A stretch of 64,000 nt of DNA from Escherichia coli (lineage in GTDB: Bacteria; Pseudomonadota; Gammaproteobacteria; Enterobacterales; Enterobacteriaceae): the NCBI RefSeq assembly GCF_003790525.1, contig NZ_CP033635.1; one strand, given 5' to 3'. Shown piece after piece: positions 35,904 through 46,433 of the stretch (position 1 is the first letter of the stretch; the number at the start of each line of letters is the position of its first letter). Under the pieces are notes generated by a model. It ran no database searches. It was not told where the DNA came from and was given only the letters and a program-made list of their open reading frames with translations. The translations under genes and the position numbers were made by a program.

Positions 35904-36968
35904 ATGAGTAAAGTGAAAAGTATCACCCGAGAATCCTGGATCCTGAGCACTTTCCCGGAGTGGGGTAGCTGGCTGAATGAAGAAATTGAACAAGAGCAGG
36001 TCGCCCCTGGCACATTTGCGATGTGGTGGCTAGGCTGCACCGGGATCTGGCTGAAATCAGAAGGTGGCACCAACGTTTGCGTTGATTTCTGGTGCGGCAC
36101 TGGCAAACAAAGTCACGGTAACCCGTTAATGAAACAGGGTCACCAGATGCAGCGCATGGCTGGCGTGAAAAAACTGCAGCCAAACCTGCGCACCACCCCG
36201 TTTGTTCTTGATCCGTTTGCGATTCGCCAGATCGACGCGGTACTGGCGACTCACGATCACAACGATCATATCGACGTTAACGTCGCTGCTGCCGTGATGC
36301 AGAACTGTGCTGATGACGTACCGTTCATTGGGCCGAAAACCTGCGTTGATTTGTGGATTGGCTGGGGCGTACCGAAAGAGCGTTGCATCGTCGTTAAACC
36401 GGGCGACGTAGTGAAGGTAAAAGACATTGAAATTCATGCACTTGATGCTTTCGACCGCACGGCACTGATCACCCTGCCTGCCGATCAAAAAGCAGCTGGC
36501 GTACTGCCGGACGGCATGGACGATCGCGCGGTAAACTACCTGTTCAAAACCCCAGGCGGTACCCTGTATCACAGCGGCGATTCCCACTACTCTAACTACT
36601 ATGCAAAACATGGTAATGAGCATCAGATCGACGTGGCTTTAGGTTCATACGGCGAAAACCCACGCGGTATTACCGACAAAATGACCAGTGCTGATATCTT
36701 GCGTATGGGCGAAGCGCTGAATGCGAAAGTGGTTATCCCGTTCCACCACGACATCTGGTCAAACTTCCAGGCCGATCCGCAAGAAATCCGCGTGCTGTGG
36801 GAGATGAAAAAAGATCGTCTGAAGTATGGCTTCAAGCCGTTTATCTGGCAGGTGGGCGGCAAATTTACCTGGCCGCTGGATAAAGACAACTTCGAGTACC
36901 ACTATCCGCGTGGTTTCGATGATTGCTTCACTATTGAACCGGATCTGCCGTTCAAGTCGTTCCTGTAA
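35904..36968 (+). CDS. ulaG: L-ascorbate-6-phosphate lactonase UlaG (metallo-beta-lactamase fold)
   Basis: Start at [23 protein letters not shown] gives 354 aa; HDHNDH metal-binding motif. Confidence 0.94.
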   Translation: MSKVKSITRESWILSTFPEWGSWLNEEIEQEQVAPGTFAMWWLGCTGIWLKSEGGTNVCVDFWCGTGKQSHGNPLMKQGHQMQRMAGVKKLQPNLRTTPFVLDPFAIRQIDAVLATHDHNDHIDVNVAAAVMQNCADDVPFIGPKTCVDLWIGWGVPKERCIVVKPGDVVKVKDIEIHALDAFDRTALITLPADQKAAGVLPDGMDDRAVNYLFKTPGGTLYHSGDSHYSNYYAKHGNEHQIDVALGSYGENPRGITDKMTSADILRMGEALNAKVVIPFHHDIWSNFQADPQEIRVLWEMKKDRLKYGFKPFIWQVGGKFTWPLDKDNFEYHYPRGFDDCFTIEPDLPFKSFL

Positions 36969-36975
36969 TCTGTCG

Positions 36976-37018
36976 TTTATACCGGATAGCGTGGAGTAGT
37001 TCGCGCTATCCGGCGTAG
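36976..37018. repeat. REP-like palindrome / terminator after ulaG
   Basis: accggatagcg...cgctatccggc inverted repeat. Confidence 0.45.
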
Positions 37019-37075
37019 TATTTCCTGGCTATTTCAAATATCATCTAAAAAAATCAAATTTTATCGGAATAGCTC

Positions 37076-37831
37076 ATGACTGAAGCACAAAGACATCAAA
37101 TCCTCCTGGAAATGCTCGCACAATTGGGCTTTGTGACCGTTGAGAAAGTCGTTGAGCGTCTGGGAATTTCGCCTGCCACTGCACGACGCGATATCAATAA
37201 ACTTGACGAAAGCGGCAAACTGAAAAAAGTGCGCAATGGCGCAGAAGCTATTACCCAGCAGCGCCCACGCTGGACGCCGATGAATCTGCATCAGGCGCAG
37301 AATCACGATGAAAAAGTACGTATTGCTAAAGCGGCCTCGCAGCTGGTTAATACGGGCGAAAGCGTAGTCATCAACTGCGGCTCCACCGCGTTTCTGCTTG
37401 GGCGGGAAATGTGTGGCAAGCCAGTGCAAATCATCACTAATTATCTACCGCTGGCAAATTACCTGATCGATCAGGAGCATGACAGCGTGATCATTATGGG
37501 CGGACAGTACAACAAAAGTCAGTCCATCACTTTAAGCCCGCAGGGCAGCGAAAACAGTCTCTATGCCGGGCACTGGATGTTTACCAGCGGCAAAGGGCTG
37601 ACAGCAGAAGGGTTGTATAAAACCGATATGTTGACGGCAATGGCAGAGCAGAAGATGCTGAGCGTGGTAGGGAAACTGGTGGTACTGGTTGATAGCAGTA
37701 AGATTGGCGAACGCGCGGGAATGCTTTTTAGCCGTGCCGATCAAATCGATATGCTGATCACCGGCAAAAATGCTAACCCGGAAATCCTGCAACAACTGGA
37801 AGCGCAAGGGGTCAGCATTCTGCGTGTTTAA
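37076..37831 (+). CDS. ulaR: DeoR-family repressor of the ula regulon UlaR
   Basis: 251-aa [46 protein letters not shown]... Confidence 0.94.
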
Positions 37832-38577
37832 AGATGCTGGCGGAAAAATGTCACGGCAGCATCTAACGCCTCAGGCGTAATGCGGTGACGCACGCCAGGC
37901 TGCCATGAACAGGTTAGCAGTTTATCCCGTCCCGTCTCGCTTAAGGCCTGCTGCAAACGTAGTGATTCGTCGGCAGGCACGACGTCATCGTCAAGGCCAT
38001 GCCACAGCAGTAGAGGTCTGTCACCAAGTTGTTCCAGGTGGTTTGTCGCTTCCCACTCTGCCAGCGGCGCGACAATGTTATTGAATTCATTCTGCTGTGC
38101 TGCCGTTTCAGGTATCAGCGGTGGAAACAGTGAACGGGCGAGCAATGTAAAATAGCCCGATCCCATCATGCTGGCGGTACATTTCACCGTGGGGTGGCGA
38201 GCGGTAATTCCCAGTGCCGTCATCGCGCCCATCGACGCGCCACCGACTGCCAGACGGTCATCAAGCAGCCAGTTTTCTTCGGCTATTGCCGCACGTAAAG
38301 TAGTGAATTCCTGCATACTTTGTAGCAAGATTTGCCAGAATTGATTTAACCGCCGCGCTGCGTCGCCACTAAAACGACTACCGTGATCGGGCGCATCCGG
38401 CATGATCACCCGCAAACCAGCCTGCGCCAGCGCAACGGCAAAATAGCTATACACCAGACTGGACGAAGTAAAGCCGTGATAAAAAATCGCGCACGGTAAC
38501 GGGGTATCTTTTTGCCCGACAGGATAAGCATGAAGAACGGGAATATCTGCCAGCTCGCGTGATTCTATTTCAATCAT
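37828..38577 (-). CDS. yjfP: Esterase YjfP (alpha/beta hydrolase)
   Basis: 249-aa ORF; GASMG nucleophile-elbow motif; 4-bp convergent overlap with ulaR. Confidence 0.92.
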
Positions 38578-38758
38578 CTGTCTCTCCTTTTTGTCTGGTA
38601 TGACATGAAGAAATCCTTAGCACAAGTTTCTGCTGGCGGTATTAGTTCATAATGTTGAGATGTGGGTTACGCTTTCATCACGTTTTCATTCGAAAATCGC
38701 GTACCAGGTAACAATTCGGGAACATTCCCCCAAAGTTAAATTAATAAGGCACTACACT

Positions 38759-39088
38759 ATGGTTAGCAGGAAACGTAATAGCGTTATTTACCGGTTTGCC
38801 AGTTTATTATTGGTGTTGATGTTAAGTGCCTGTAGCGCACTGCAAGGTACGCCACAGCCAGCACCGCCAGTAACCGACCATCCGCAAGAGATTCGCCGCG
38901 ACCAGACGCAAGGGTTACAGCGAATAGGTAGCGTAAGCACGATGGTTCGGGGTTCTCCGGATGACGCATTAGCAGAAATCAGAGCGAAAGCTGTCGCTGC
39001 AAAAGCTGATTATTACGTTGTCGTCATGGTGGACGAAACCATCGTGACAGGACAGTGGTATTCACAAGCCATTTTGTACCGTAAATAA
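38759..39088 (+). CDS. bsmA: Biofilm/stress lipoprotein BsmA (YjfO)
   Basis: Start at MVSRKRNSVIYRFASLLLVLMLSACSALQG (lipobox LSAC) gives 109 aa. Confidence 0.87.
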   Translation: MVSRKRNSVIYRFASLLLVLMLSACSALQGTPQPAPPVTDHPQEIRRDQTQGLQRIGSVSTMVRGSPDDALAEIRAKAVAAKADYYVVVMVDETIVTGQWYSQAILYRK

Positions 39089-39236
39089 ATCAGACAACTT
39101 ACATAGTCAGCTTTACATTGCTTTGCGTCCCTATGCGTTTACCTGTGCACAATAAATTACCGGCTGGAAGCCTGGGCGTTTATTACCGCGATGGAATGCC
39201 CTGCAACATGTGGGGAAACGAAAAATGGAGCTGACG

Positions 39237-39512
39237 ATGAAACAATTACTTGCCTCACCCTCGCTGCAATTAGTGACTTATCCTGCGAGCGCCACGGCAC
39301 AGTCTGCAGAATTCGCCAGTGCTGACTGCGTGACGGGCCTGAATGAAATAGGTCAGATCTCAGTTAGCAATATTTCAGGGGATCCGCAGGACGTGGAACG
39401 TATCGTGGCGTTAAAGGCCGATGAACAAGGTGCGTCATGGTACCGCATTATTACCATGTACGAAGACCAGCAGCCTGATAACTGGCGCGTACAGGCGATC
39501 CTGTATGCGTGA
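39237..39512 (+). CDS. yjfN: DUF1471-family periplasmic protein YjfN
   Basis: Start at MKQLLASPSLQLVTYPASATA gives 91 aa. Confidence 0.87.
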   Translation: MKQLLASPSLQLVTYPASATAQSAEFASADCVTGLNEIGQISVSNISGDPQDVERIVALKADEQGASWYRIITMYEDQQPDNWRVQAILYA

Positions 39513-39536
39513 GTATCATCTACAGCAAATGAACAA

Positions 39537-39574
39537 TGCCGGATGCGGCGCGAGCGCCTTGTCCGGCCTACAAT
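39537..39574. repeat. REP palindromic repeat
   Basis: atgccggatgcggcgcgagcgccttgtccggcctacaa between the yjfN and aidB 3' ends. Confidence 0.55.
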
Positions 39575-39628
39575 TTTAAAATATTTCATTTAGTTAATCG
39601 AAACCAGCGTCGCATCCGTCGTATACGC

Positions 39629-41254
39629 TTACAAACACACTCCTCCCGTCGCCCGCAGCAATAAATCATTCTGGATCTGCTCTGACAACCGTACGCCGCC
39701 GCGCGTATCTAACATCACCTGACACCACGCCTGCGCCATTGGCGGAGAGGCATATTTCAACATTTGCGCACCGCAGCCCAGCAGGAATAGCTGATGAGTA
39801 ATCTCTCGCCCCAATTCTTCAGCTGGCTTACGCAGCTGCTGCTGTAAACGACGAACCGCGCGATCAAAATAGCGATCCTGCCCTTTCACTTCCACAAATG
39901 CTTCCGACAATAAGTCGTATACGCCCGCTTGCTTATTGAGAACGCGCAGCACATCCAGGCACATAATATTGCCGGAACCTTCCCAAATACTGTTTACCGG
40001 CATCTCCCGGTAAAGCCGCGGCAGCTCGCTCTCCTCGCAATAACCAATGCCGCCCAGCACCTCCATCGCTTCGGCCACAAACGGAATACCATGTTTGCAG
40101 ATCACAAATTTCGCCGCAGGCGTAAATAAACGCGCCCACAGAGCTTCTTTGGCATCGGCACGCCGGTCCCACGCTCGCGCAAGACGAAACAGCAACGCCG
40201 TTTGCCCTTCAAGCTGAAGCGCCATGCGACTTAAGACATGACGCATAAGGGGCTGTTGGATCAATGGATTACCAAAAACATGGCGTTGATGTGCATGATA
40301 AATCGCCAGCGAAAATGCACGGCGCATCATGGCATGGCTACCCAGGGCGCAATCAAAACGCGTCATCCCACCCATTTTCAGGATCAGACGAATTCCTTCC
40401 CCTTCCTGCCCCAACAACCAGCCAATGGCATCCTGAAACTCCACTTCGCAGCTGGCGTTAGAGCGATTACCCAGCTTATCTTTCAGCCGCTCGAGGCGAA
40501 TCGCGTTGCGTTGCCCGTCAGGCAAAAAGCGCGGCACAAAAAAGCAGGACAAACCGCCCGTAGTCTGCGCCAGCACCAGATGCGCATCGCTTTGCGGCAC
40601 CGAGAAAAACCATTTATGCCCCACCAGCCGATAAGAGCCATCTTCCAGGCGCTCTGCGCGGGTGGTGTTGCTCATGACATCGGAACCGCCCTGCTTTTCC
40701 GTCATTCCCATGCCAATCAACAAACCGCGTTTTTGCCCACCTGGCAATAAGTGAGAATCGTAGCGATCGCTCAACAGCGGCGTGGTCCAGTCCTGAAACG
40801 GCGCGGGTAACATCTGTAACAGCAATGGCGTGGCGGCAAAGGTCATCGTTATCGGACATAACGACCCAGCCTCAACCTGCGCATGTAACATAAAACGCGC
40901 CGCGCGCGCCACAAATGCGCCGGAGCGAGCGTCTTCTTCCCAGGCAAGATTGTGCACCCGATTGGTACATAGCGCCTGCATCAGCAGGTGCCAGGCGGGG
41001 TGAAAACGCACATCGTCCAGACGGCGTCCTTGCGCATCGTAGCGCAATAATTCAGGCGGATTCACATTCGCCAGCCGCCCCAGTTCAAGGGATTCAGCCG
41101 TCCCTAACTGCTGACCAATACTGGCTAGAAAATCGCTATCCCAGCCAGCACCTTCACGCGTTACCGCTTCGCAGAGCGCGCCATCAGACAGGTATAAATT
41201 GCTGTTATTTAATGGTATAGGTTGATTAAAAACGGTGTGAGTTTGCCAGTGCAC
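39629..41254 (-). CDS. aidB: Adaptive-response protein AidB (acyl-CoA dehydrogenase family)
   Basis: GTG start giving (M)HWQTHTVFNQPIPLNNSNLYLSDGAL..., 541 aa; the ATG six codons upstream is an alternative. Confidence 0.9.
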   Translation of the reverse strand: MHWQTHTVFNQPIPLNNSNLYLSDGALCEAVTREGAGWDSDFLASIGQQLGTAESLELGRLANVNPPELLRYDAQGRRLDDVRFHPAWHLLMQALCTNRVHNLAWEEDARSGAFVARAARFMLHAQVEAGSLCPITMTFAATPLLLQMLPAPFQDWTTPLLSDRYDSHLLPGGQKRGLLIGMGMTEKQGGSDVMSNTTRAERLEDGSYRLVGHKWFFSVPQSDAHLVLAQTTGGLSCFFVPRFLPDGQRNAIRLERLKDKLGNRSNASCEVEFQDAIGWLLGQEGEGIRLILKMGGMTRFDCALGSHAMMRRAFSLAIYHAHQRHVFGNPLIQQPLMRHVLSRMALQLEGQTALLFRLARAWDRRADAKEALWARLFTPAAKFVICKHGIPFVAEAMEVLGGIGYCEESELPRLYREMPVNSIWEGSGNIMCLDVLRVLNKQAGVYDLLSEAFVEVKGQDRYFDRAVRRLQQQLRKPAEELGREITHQLFLLGCGAQMLKYASPPMAQAWCQVMLDTRGGVRLSEQIQNDLLLRATGGVCL

Positions 41255-41337
41255 TGTGTCTCCCTCCATCAATGGCAGTCACCATTAGTATGGTCACTGC
41301 CATGGATTCATGACAGAAAGAGATTGCTAAAACATTC

Positions 41338-42501
41338 TTATCCAGCAATGTAATGCGGAACGAAACGTGAGGTGTCTTTGGTGATCAACGTGTTATCTTC
41401 ACGGATCCCCATTCCGCACGCTTCATCATCGACAATCCAGCTACCGATGAGTGTGTAGCTATCGCCAAATCGCGGCAGAGGTTGAAACGCCTGGTAGATC
41501 ATCGGTTCATCGGCGTAATCACCATCAGCGTGGTCAACGACGTTATTCTGACCGTCGAAAATGGTGACGTTTCCGCCTTCGCGCGAGTAAATCGGTTTAC
41601 GCACATAGCTTTCGCCAGCGGCAATCTGCGGTTTTTCACCCTCAAACCAGGATGCAAGAAGGTTAGGATGACCAGGGAAGAAGCGCCAAAGCAGCGGCAT
41701 TAGCCCTTTATTACTCAAGATACTTTTCCATAACGGCTCCACCCATTGCTCACGACGCTTGCGCAGCAGCGGACCGTTATCGTCACGCATCATCCACTCC
41801 AGCGGATACAGCTTAAATGCACGCTGGATGACATTATCATCAAGATCGGTCAGTACTCCGCCGACGCCCAAACCGAGATCTTCAATGTAGATAAACCGCG
41901 ACTCCTGCCCTGCCTGCTGGGCGCAGTCCTGCAAGTACAGCACGGTACTCCTGTCTTCATCGGTGTCCTGACAGCAGCAAAAATAAAACGGTTCCCGACT
42001 GTAAAGCTCACTAAAGCGCGAAATCAGGCGTTCCTGAATGGCATTGTACTGATCGGCATCACGCGGAATAACGCCGCTGCGCCGGGCATCTTCCAGCCAC
42101 AACCACTGGAAATAAGCCGACTCGTACAATGAAGTTGGCGTATCGGCGTTGTACTCCAGCAACTTAACCGGTGCATTACCACACCAGGCAAAATCCATAC
42201 GGCCATACAACGAAGGATCGCGTGCGTGCCAGCTTTCGGCGATCACATCCCAGTACAACGGCGGGATCGCCAGTTGCGTCAGGATCTCTTCATCTTTAAC
42301 CGCACGATCCACCACCTCCAGGCACATCTGATGCAGTTCCGCAGTCGGTTTTTCGATCTGCTCTTCAATCTGGCGCAAAGTAAAGCGATAAGCCCGACTC
42401 TCATCCCAATAGATTTCATTGTCGATGATATGAAAGTCAAATCCGTTATCGGCGGCAATCCGGTCCAGATCCCGCCGCACAGGAACGTTGTGTCTCAGCA
42501 T
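41338..42501 (-). CDS. yjfC: Glutathionylspermidine-synthase-like ATP-grasp protein YjfC
   Basis: Start at MLRHNVPVRRDLDRIAADNGFDFHIIDNEIYWDE gives 387 aa. Confidence 0.9.
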   Translation of the reverse strand: MLRHNVPVRRDLDRIAADNGFDFHIIDNEIYWDESRAYRFTLRQIEEQIEKPTAELHQMCLEVVDRAVKDEEILTQLAIPPLYWDVIAESWHARDPSLYGRMDFAWCGNAPVKLLEYNADTPTSLYESAYFQWLWLEDARRSGVIPRDADQYNAIQERLISRFSELYSREPFYFCCCQDTDEDRSTVLYLQDCAQQAGQESRFIYIEDLGLGVGGVLTDLDDNVIQRAFKLYPLEWMMRDDNGPLLRKRREQWVEPLWKSILSNKGLMPLLWRFFPGHPNLLASWFEGEKPQIAAGESYVRKPIYSREGGNVTIFDGQNNVVDHADGDYADEPMIYQAFQPLPRFGDSYTLIGSWIVDDEACGMGIREDNTLITKDTSRFVPHYIAG

Positions 42502-42503
42502 GA

Positions 42504-43142
42504 TTAGCCTCCCCAATGCCCACGGGCGCTGGAAGAACGACCATAGCCGCCGCGAGAAACGGTTGACGCTTTTTTGGTGGTAAAGCCGCCCGAAGAGTAA
42601 GACTCTTTTTTGCCAGAACCGGAGCGCCAGGAGTAATCACCGGAAGTGTTGCGCCAGACGGGGCGGGAAGCAAATGAGGATCCGCCGCTGTTATAGACGA
42701 ACGGCTCATCGCGATCTTTACGAATAACCCGGCTTAACAAAAATCCAGAAACGACCGGGATCCAACTCTGTTCAACATTGTCGTAGTAACAATTTTCATA
42801 CTTAGACTGACAATTCTGCTGAGTCATATTCTTCGGAACATCGGCATAAAACGCCGCTTTGGCGTTGTTCCAGCCATGAGCACAGATATCTGAATTATTA
42901 CCGTCATCAATACAATCCTGCACAGTCGAGTAAAACGTTCCGTCGCCGTCGTTATCGACATCGCCACTATCGCCACAACCTTTCAATACGAAAAAAGCGG
43001 CACCGCCCATTAGCGCCAACGTTAAGTATTTTTGTGCGTAGCGATTGCGACGCGGTTCAAAAGGATTATTCGGTCTGCCAATGCGACTGATCGCTCCGTG
43101 ACCAATTTTACTGTTATTTCTTGATTTGCGTTTTCTGGCCAT
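42504..43142 (-). CDS. yjfM: DUF1190 protein YjfM
   Basis: 212-aa ORF MARKRKSRNNSKIGHGAISRIGRPN..., Gly/Ser-rich C-terminus. Confidence 0.88.
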   Translation of the reverse strand: MARKRKSRNNSKIGHGAISRIGRPNNPFEPRRNRYAQKYLTLALMGGAAFFVLKGCGDSGDVDNDGDGTFYSTVQDCIDDGNNSDICAHGWNNAKAAFYADVPKNMTQQNCQSKYENCYYDNVEQSWIPVVSGFLLSRVIRKDRDEPFVYNSGGSSFASRPVWRNTSGDYSWRSGSGKKESYSSGGFTTKKASTVSRGGYGRSSSARGHWGG

Positions 43143-43151
43143 GATCGTCCA

Positions 43152-43550
43152 TTACCATGTCATACAAGCTGCGTTAAAAATACCACCAGCCAGTGCGGCG
43201 GTTCCCATAAACATTCCTGCTGCGGTATTGTGATTAATAATTTTTTCGCTTAATGCGGGCATATAAAGTCTGACGCCAGCAAAAACGAGTAACTGAATCA
43301 CCAGTGCAATCCCGCCCCAGGCGAAATAATCCGGAATACTCACCGCATTGATTGCCGCACTGGATAAGGGGATCACGTAACCCAACAATGTACCGCTGAA
43401 TGCCAGTGACGCCGCGGTATTATTGTTTTTGATTAATTGCCATTCGTTGTGCGGTGTAATTTTGGAGTAGATAAACAGAAAAATAATCACCATAGCCACG
43501 CCAATAAAAAAATAGGCGCTAAAGGCAAGAAGTGAATCCAGTATATGCAT
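43152..43550 (-). CDS. yjfL: UPF0719 inner-membrane protein YjfL
   Basis: 132-aa four-TM ORF. Confidence 0.88.
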   Translation of the reverse strand: MHILDSLLAFSAYFFIGVAMVIIFLFIYSKITPHNEWQLIKNNNTAASLAFSGTLLGYVIPLSSAAINAVSIPDYFAWGGIALVIQLLVFAGVRLYMPALSEKIINHNTAAGMFMGTAALAGGIFNAACMTW

Positions 43551-43567
43551 CGTAAACGTCCTTGTAA

Positions 43568-44227
43568 TTAACCAATAATATGAAGTGATGTCAGTGGGAT
43601 ATCAACACCCAGCGCGCGCGAAAATAACCACTCCGGCTCGCCGAGATCGTTAAAAGATTCCTCACCATTTAACAGTAAATATTCACAGGTATCTTCGGTC
43701 ACCTGCCGTTCATAGCCCATGGTAAAATTATGCACTTCCCATTTGGCGTGGTTTTGATTTTCAACTTTTTCCAGCATATAGACGGGTTCGATATTCCCCG
43801 GTTCTTCGCTGTTAAAAAATCGCTGCCAGCGTTTTTCCTGCCAGTTTAAGGTTATAGCCCCCATCGCTTTGGCGTTGATCGCCTCGCGCCAGTGACTCTC
43901 TTTACTGATACCGTAGCTCTCTTCATAGACAAAGAGCTTGATATCATCAATGTCATCAATATTTTCGCCGCCGGTGGTATTGATTTGCAGAAACTCATCG
44001 CCTGAAGTGTAGTAGCGGAAAATCTGGCTACCGCCGCCCAGATCGATGCGGCTGACGGCGGCTACCGTAAATTCCTCACCCGGCAGCGCAATCAGCAATT
44101 CATCTTCCAGCAAACGAAACGCTAACGTGTCGAGCGTAAAGCCACTATTGAGATGAAGTCCCAGCGGACCACGAGCGATAGCAGGCTTATTATCCTTGCC
44201 AAACAGACGCTGGAAAAAACCAGACAT
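43568..44227 (-). CDS. yjfK: DUF2491 protein YjfK
   Basis: 219-aa ORF MSGFFQRLFGKDNKPAIARGPLGLHL... Confidence 0.88.
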   Translation of the reverse strand: MSGFFQRLFGKDNKPAIARGPLGLHLNSGFTLDTLAFRLLEDELLIALPGEEFTVAAVSRIDLGGGSQIFRYYTSGDEFLQINTTGGENIDDIDDIKLFVYEESYGISKESHWREAINAKAMGAITLNWQEKRWQRFFNSEEPGNIEPVYMLEKVENQNHAKWEVHNFTMGYERQVTEDTCEYLLLNGEESFNDLGEPEWLFSRALGVDIPLTSLHIIG

Positions 44228-44276
44228 ATTTTATCCTTATAATAGTTGCCAGCCTTGCAGTGAGGCTGGCAAAAAA

Positions 44277-44975
44277 TTACTCGCCCTGTTGGCGTTGCAG
44301 TCTTGCTAATACATCCTGGGCGATACTTTTATTGCTACCGCCAATTCCGGCTTCCGCCAGCTTTTCATCGAGATCGCGACCGTCTGCGACTTTTTCCAAC
44401 TGTGCGGCAGCATCCAGGCGAGCCTGACGTTCGGCCTGACGCGTTTGCAGGCGTTTTAAGGATTCTGCCGCTGTCGAAACGCTGGAAGATGCGCCAACGG
44501 TAGAGGTCGTTACAGCCTGTTGTGCACGCTGCATGGCTTCAGTGGCTTTAACGACTTCCATTTGCTGCTCAAACTGAGCGATACGCTGCGCTGTCGCTGT
44601 AACTGCTTTTTCCACGCCATCACGAGAGACTTCCAGATTCGACAACACTTGCTCTTCAGCGGTAATGAGATTCTCAAGGCGCGCGATTTCTTCAGCAACT
44701 TCGTTAATCAACGACGGATTCACGTTCTTGCTTAACGCTTCCAGCGCACGAGCTTCCAGACTGGCTTTGCGCTCACGTAAATCTTTCAGCTTATCGTGAC
44801 TTAATTTCACTCGCGCCAGCAGATCAACGCGAGATTTTCCGGCTTTATCGAGTTCAGCTTTAGCGTCACGAATATGCTGTTCCAGCATGCGCACGCCCTG
44901 GGTTTCTTCAATGGACTCTTCCGCCTGGGAGATAAACGATTTCCCCAGCGTAAATAAACTTTTTAAAATCCCCAT
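44277..44975 (-). CDS. yjfJ: PspA/IM30-family protein YjfJ
   Basis: 232-aa coiled-coil ORF MGILKSLFTLGKSFISQAEESIEETQGVRMLEQHIRDAKAEL... Confidence 0.9.
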   Translation of the reverse strand: MGILKSLFTLGKSFISQAEESIEETQGVRMLEQHIRDAKAELDKAGKSRVDLLARVKLSHDKLKDLRERKASLEARALEALSKNVNPSLINEVAEEIARLENLITAEEQVLSNLEVSRDGVEKAVTATAQRIAQFEQQMEVVKATEAMQRAQQAVTTSTVGASSSVSTAAESLKRLQTRQAERQARLDAAAQLEKVADGRDLDEKLAEAGIGGSNKSIAQDVLARLQRQQGE

Positions 44976-44993
44976 AAATACCCGTCCTTGTAA

Positions 44994-45395
44994 TTAGTGT
45001 GAATATTCTTCTGTAATTTCAGCCAGATCCAATGCGTTATCTACCAGCGAGGTTATCTCAAGCAGAATATCTTCAAGAGAAGATTTAAGCGATAACGCAC
45101 CGAAAACAATGTAATACTCTTCCTGTTGCACGCTGGAGATCCCTACCGATGACAACGGCATCATCTTCTGATTTCTTAATAAGAAGGTATTAAATTCATC
45201 TGGATTGCTGATACTACTTACCGGACAAATAAAGGTTTCGATGATCATTTGGCGGGAAGTAAAAAGAATATTGATTTGCAAATCGCCATAATCATTCATT
45301 TTAATAATTAATGCGCTTTCGCTATTTGTTACATCAATATTTTGTTCAGGTACAGTTTGCAGCGCCGTCGCCAGCGCCAACGGATTCCATGTCAT
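44994..45395 (-). CDS. yjfI: DUF2170 protein YjfI
   Basis: 133-aa ORF MTWNPLALATALQTVPEQNIDVTNSE... Confidence 0.88.
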   Translation of the reverse strand: MTWNPLALATALQTVPEQNIDVTNSESALIIKMNDYGDLQINILFTSRQMIIETFICPVSSISNPDEFNTFLLRNQKMMPLSSVGISSVQQEEYYIVFGALSLKSSLEDILLEITSLVDNALDLAEITEEYSH

Positions 45396-45472
45396 ATATT
45401 ATTCCATATAGATTAAGTTTAAATATTAATAAAATGAATATTTACAGTACGTAATTATCTTACCAGCTATAG

Positions 45473-45505
45473 ACAAAAAAAAACCATCCAAATCTGGATG
45501 GCTTT
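45473..45505 (-). terminator. Rho-independent terminator after rlmB
   Basis: On the minus strand: gccatccagatttggatgg followed by TTTTTTTTT. Confidence 0.7.
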
Positions 45506-45521
45506 TCATAATTCAGAGGAA

Positions 45522-46253
45522 CTAGCTGCGCTGACGAACCGCTTCAAATAAGCAAATTCCGGTTGCAACCGAAACGTTCAGGGAAGAAACACTTCCTGCC
45601 ATTGGGATGCTGATCAACTCATCGCAATGTTCACGGGTCAGGCGACGCATACCTTCACCTTCCGCGCCCATCACCAGCGCCAGGCGTCCGGTCATTTTGC
45701 TCTGATAGAGTGTATGATCCGCCTCGCCTGCCGTACCGACGATCCAGATATTCTCTTCCTGCAACATACGCATGGTGCGCGCCAGATTAGTCACCCGAAT
45801 CAGCGGAACGCTTTCTGCCGCACCACAGGCCACTTTTTTCGCCGTGGCGTTGAGCTGTGCGGAGCGATCTTTCGGCACAATCACCGCATGAACACCAGCG
45901 GCGTCCGCGCTACGCAGGCACGCGCCGAGGTTGTGCGGATCGGTTACGCCGTCGAGGATCAGCAGGAACGGTTGATCGAGCGAAGCGATCAGATCCGGCA
46001 GATCGTTTTCCTGATACTGCCGTCCTGGCTTCACACGAGCGATAATGCCCTGATGCACGGCACCGTCGCTTTTCTCGTCGAGATATTGGCGGTTTGCCAG
46101 CTGGATAACCACGCCCTGGGACTCAAGGGCGTGAATCAGCGGCAACAGACGTTTATCTTCACGGCCTTTTAAAATAAAGACTTCCTGAAAACGTTCAGGG
46201 GCGCGCTCCAGCAGGGCCTGCACTGCGTGGATGCCGTAAATCATTTCGCTCAT
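45522..46253 (-). CDS. rlmB: 23S rRNA (guanosine2251-2'-O)-methyltransferase RlmB
   Basis: 243-aa [35 protein letters not shown]...; SpoU family. Confidence 0.94.
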
Positions 46254-46277
46254 TAATGTACTCGTTGTTTACGTTTT

Positions 46278-46378
46278 GCCTGATGCGCTACGCTTATCAG
46301 GCCTACATGATCCCTGCAATGTATTGAATTTGCGTGATTATGTAGGCCGGATAAGGCGTTCACGCCGCATCCGGCATG
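46278..46378. repeat. BIME (two inverted REP units) between rnr and rlmB
   Basis: gcctgatgcgctacgcttatcaggcctac ... gtaggccggataaggcgttcacgccgcatccggcatg. Confidence 0.6.
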
Positions 46379-46433
46379 AACAAAGCGCATTTTGTCAGCA
46401 ATCTAACCCTCTTCTGTTTGAAGAGGGTAATGA

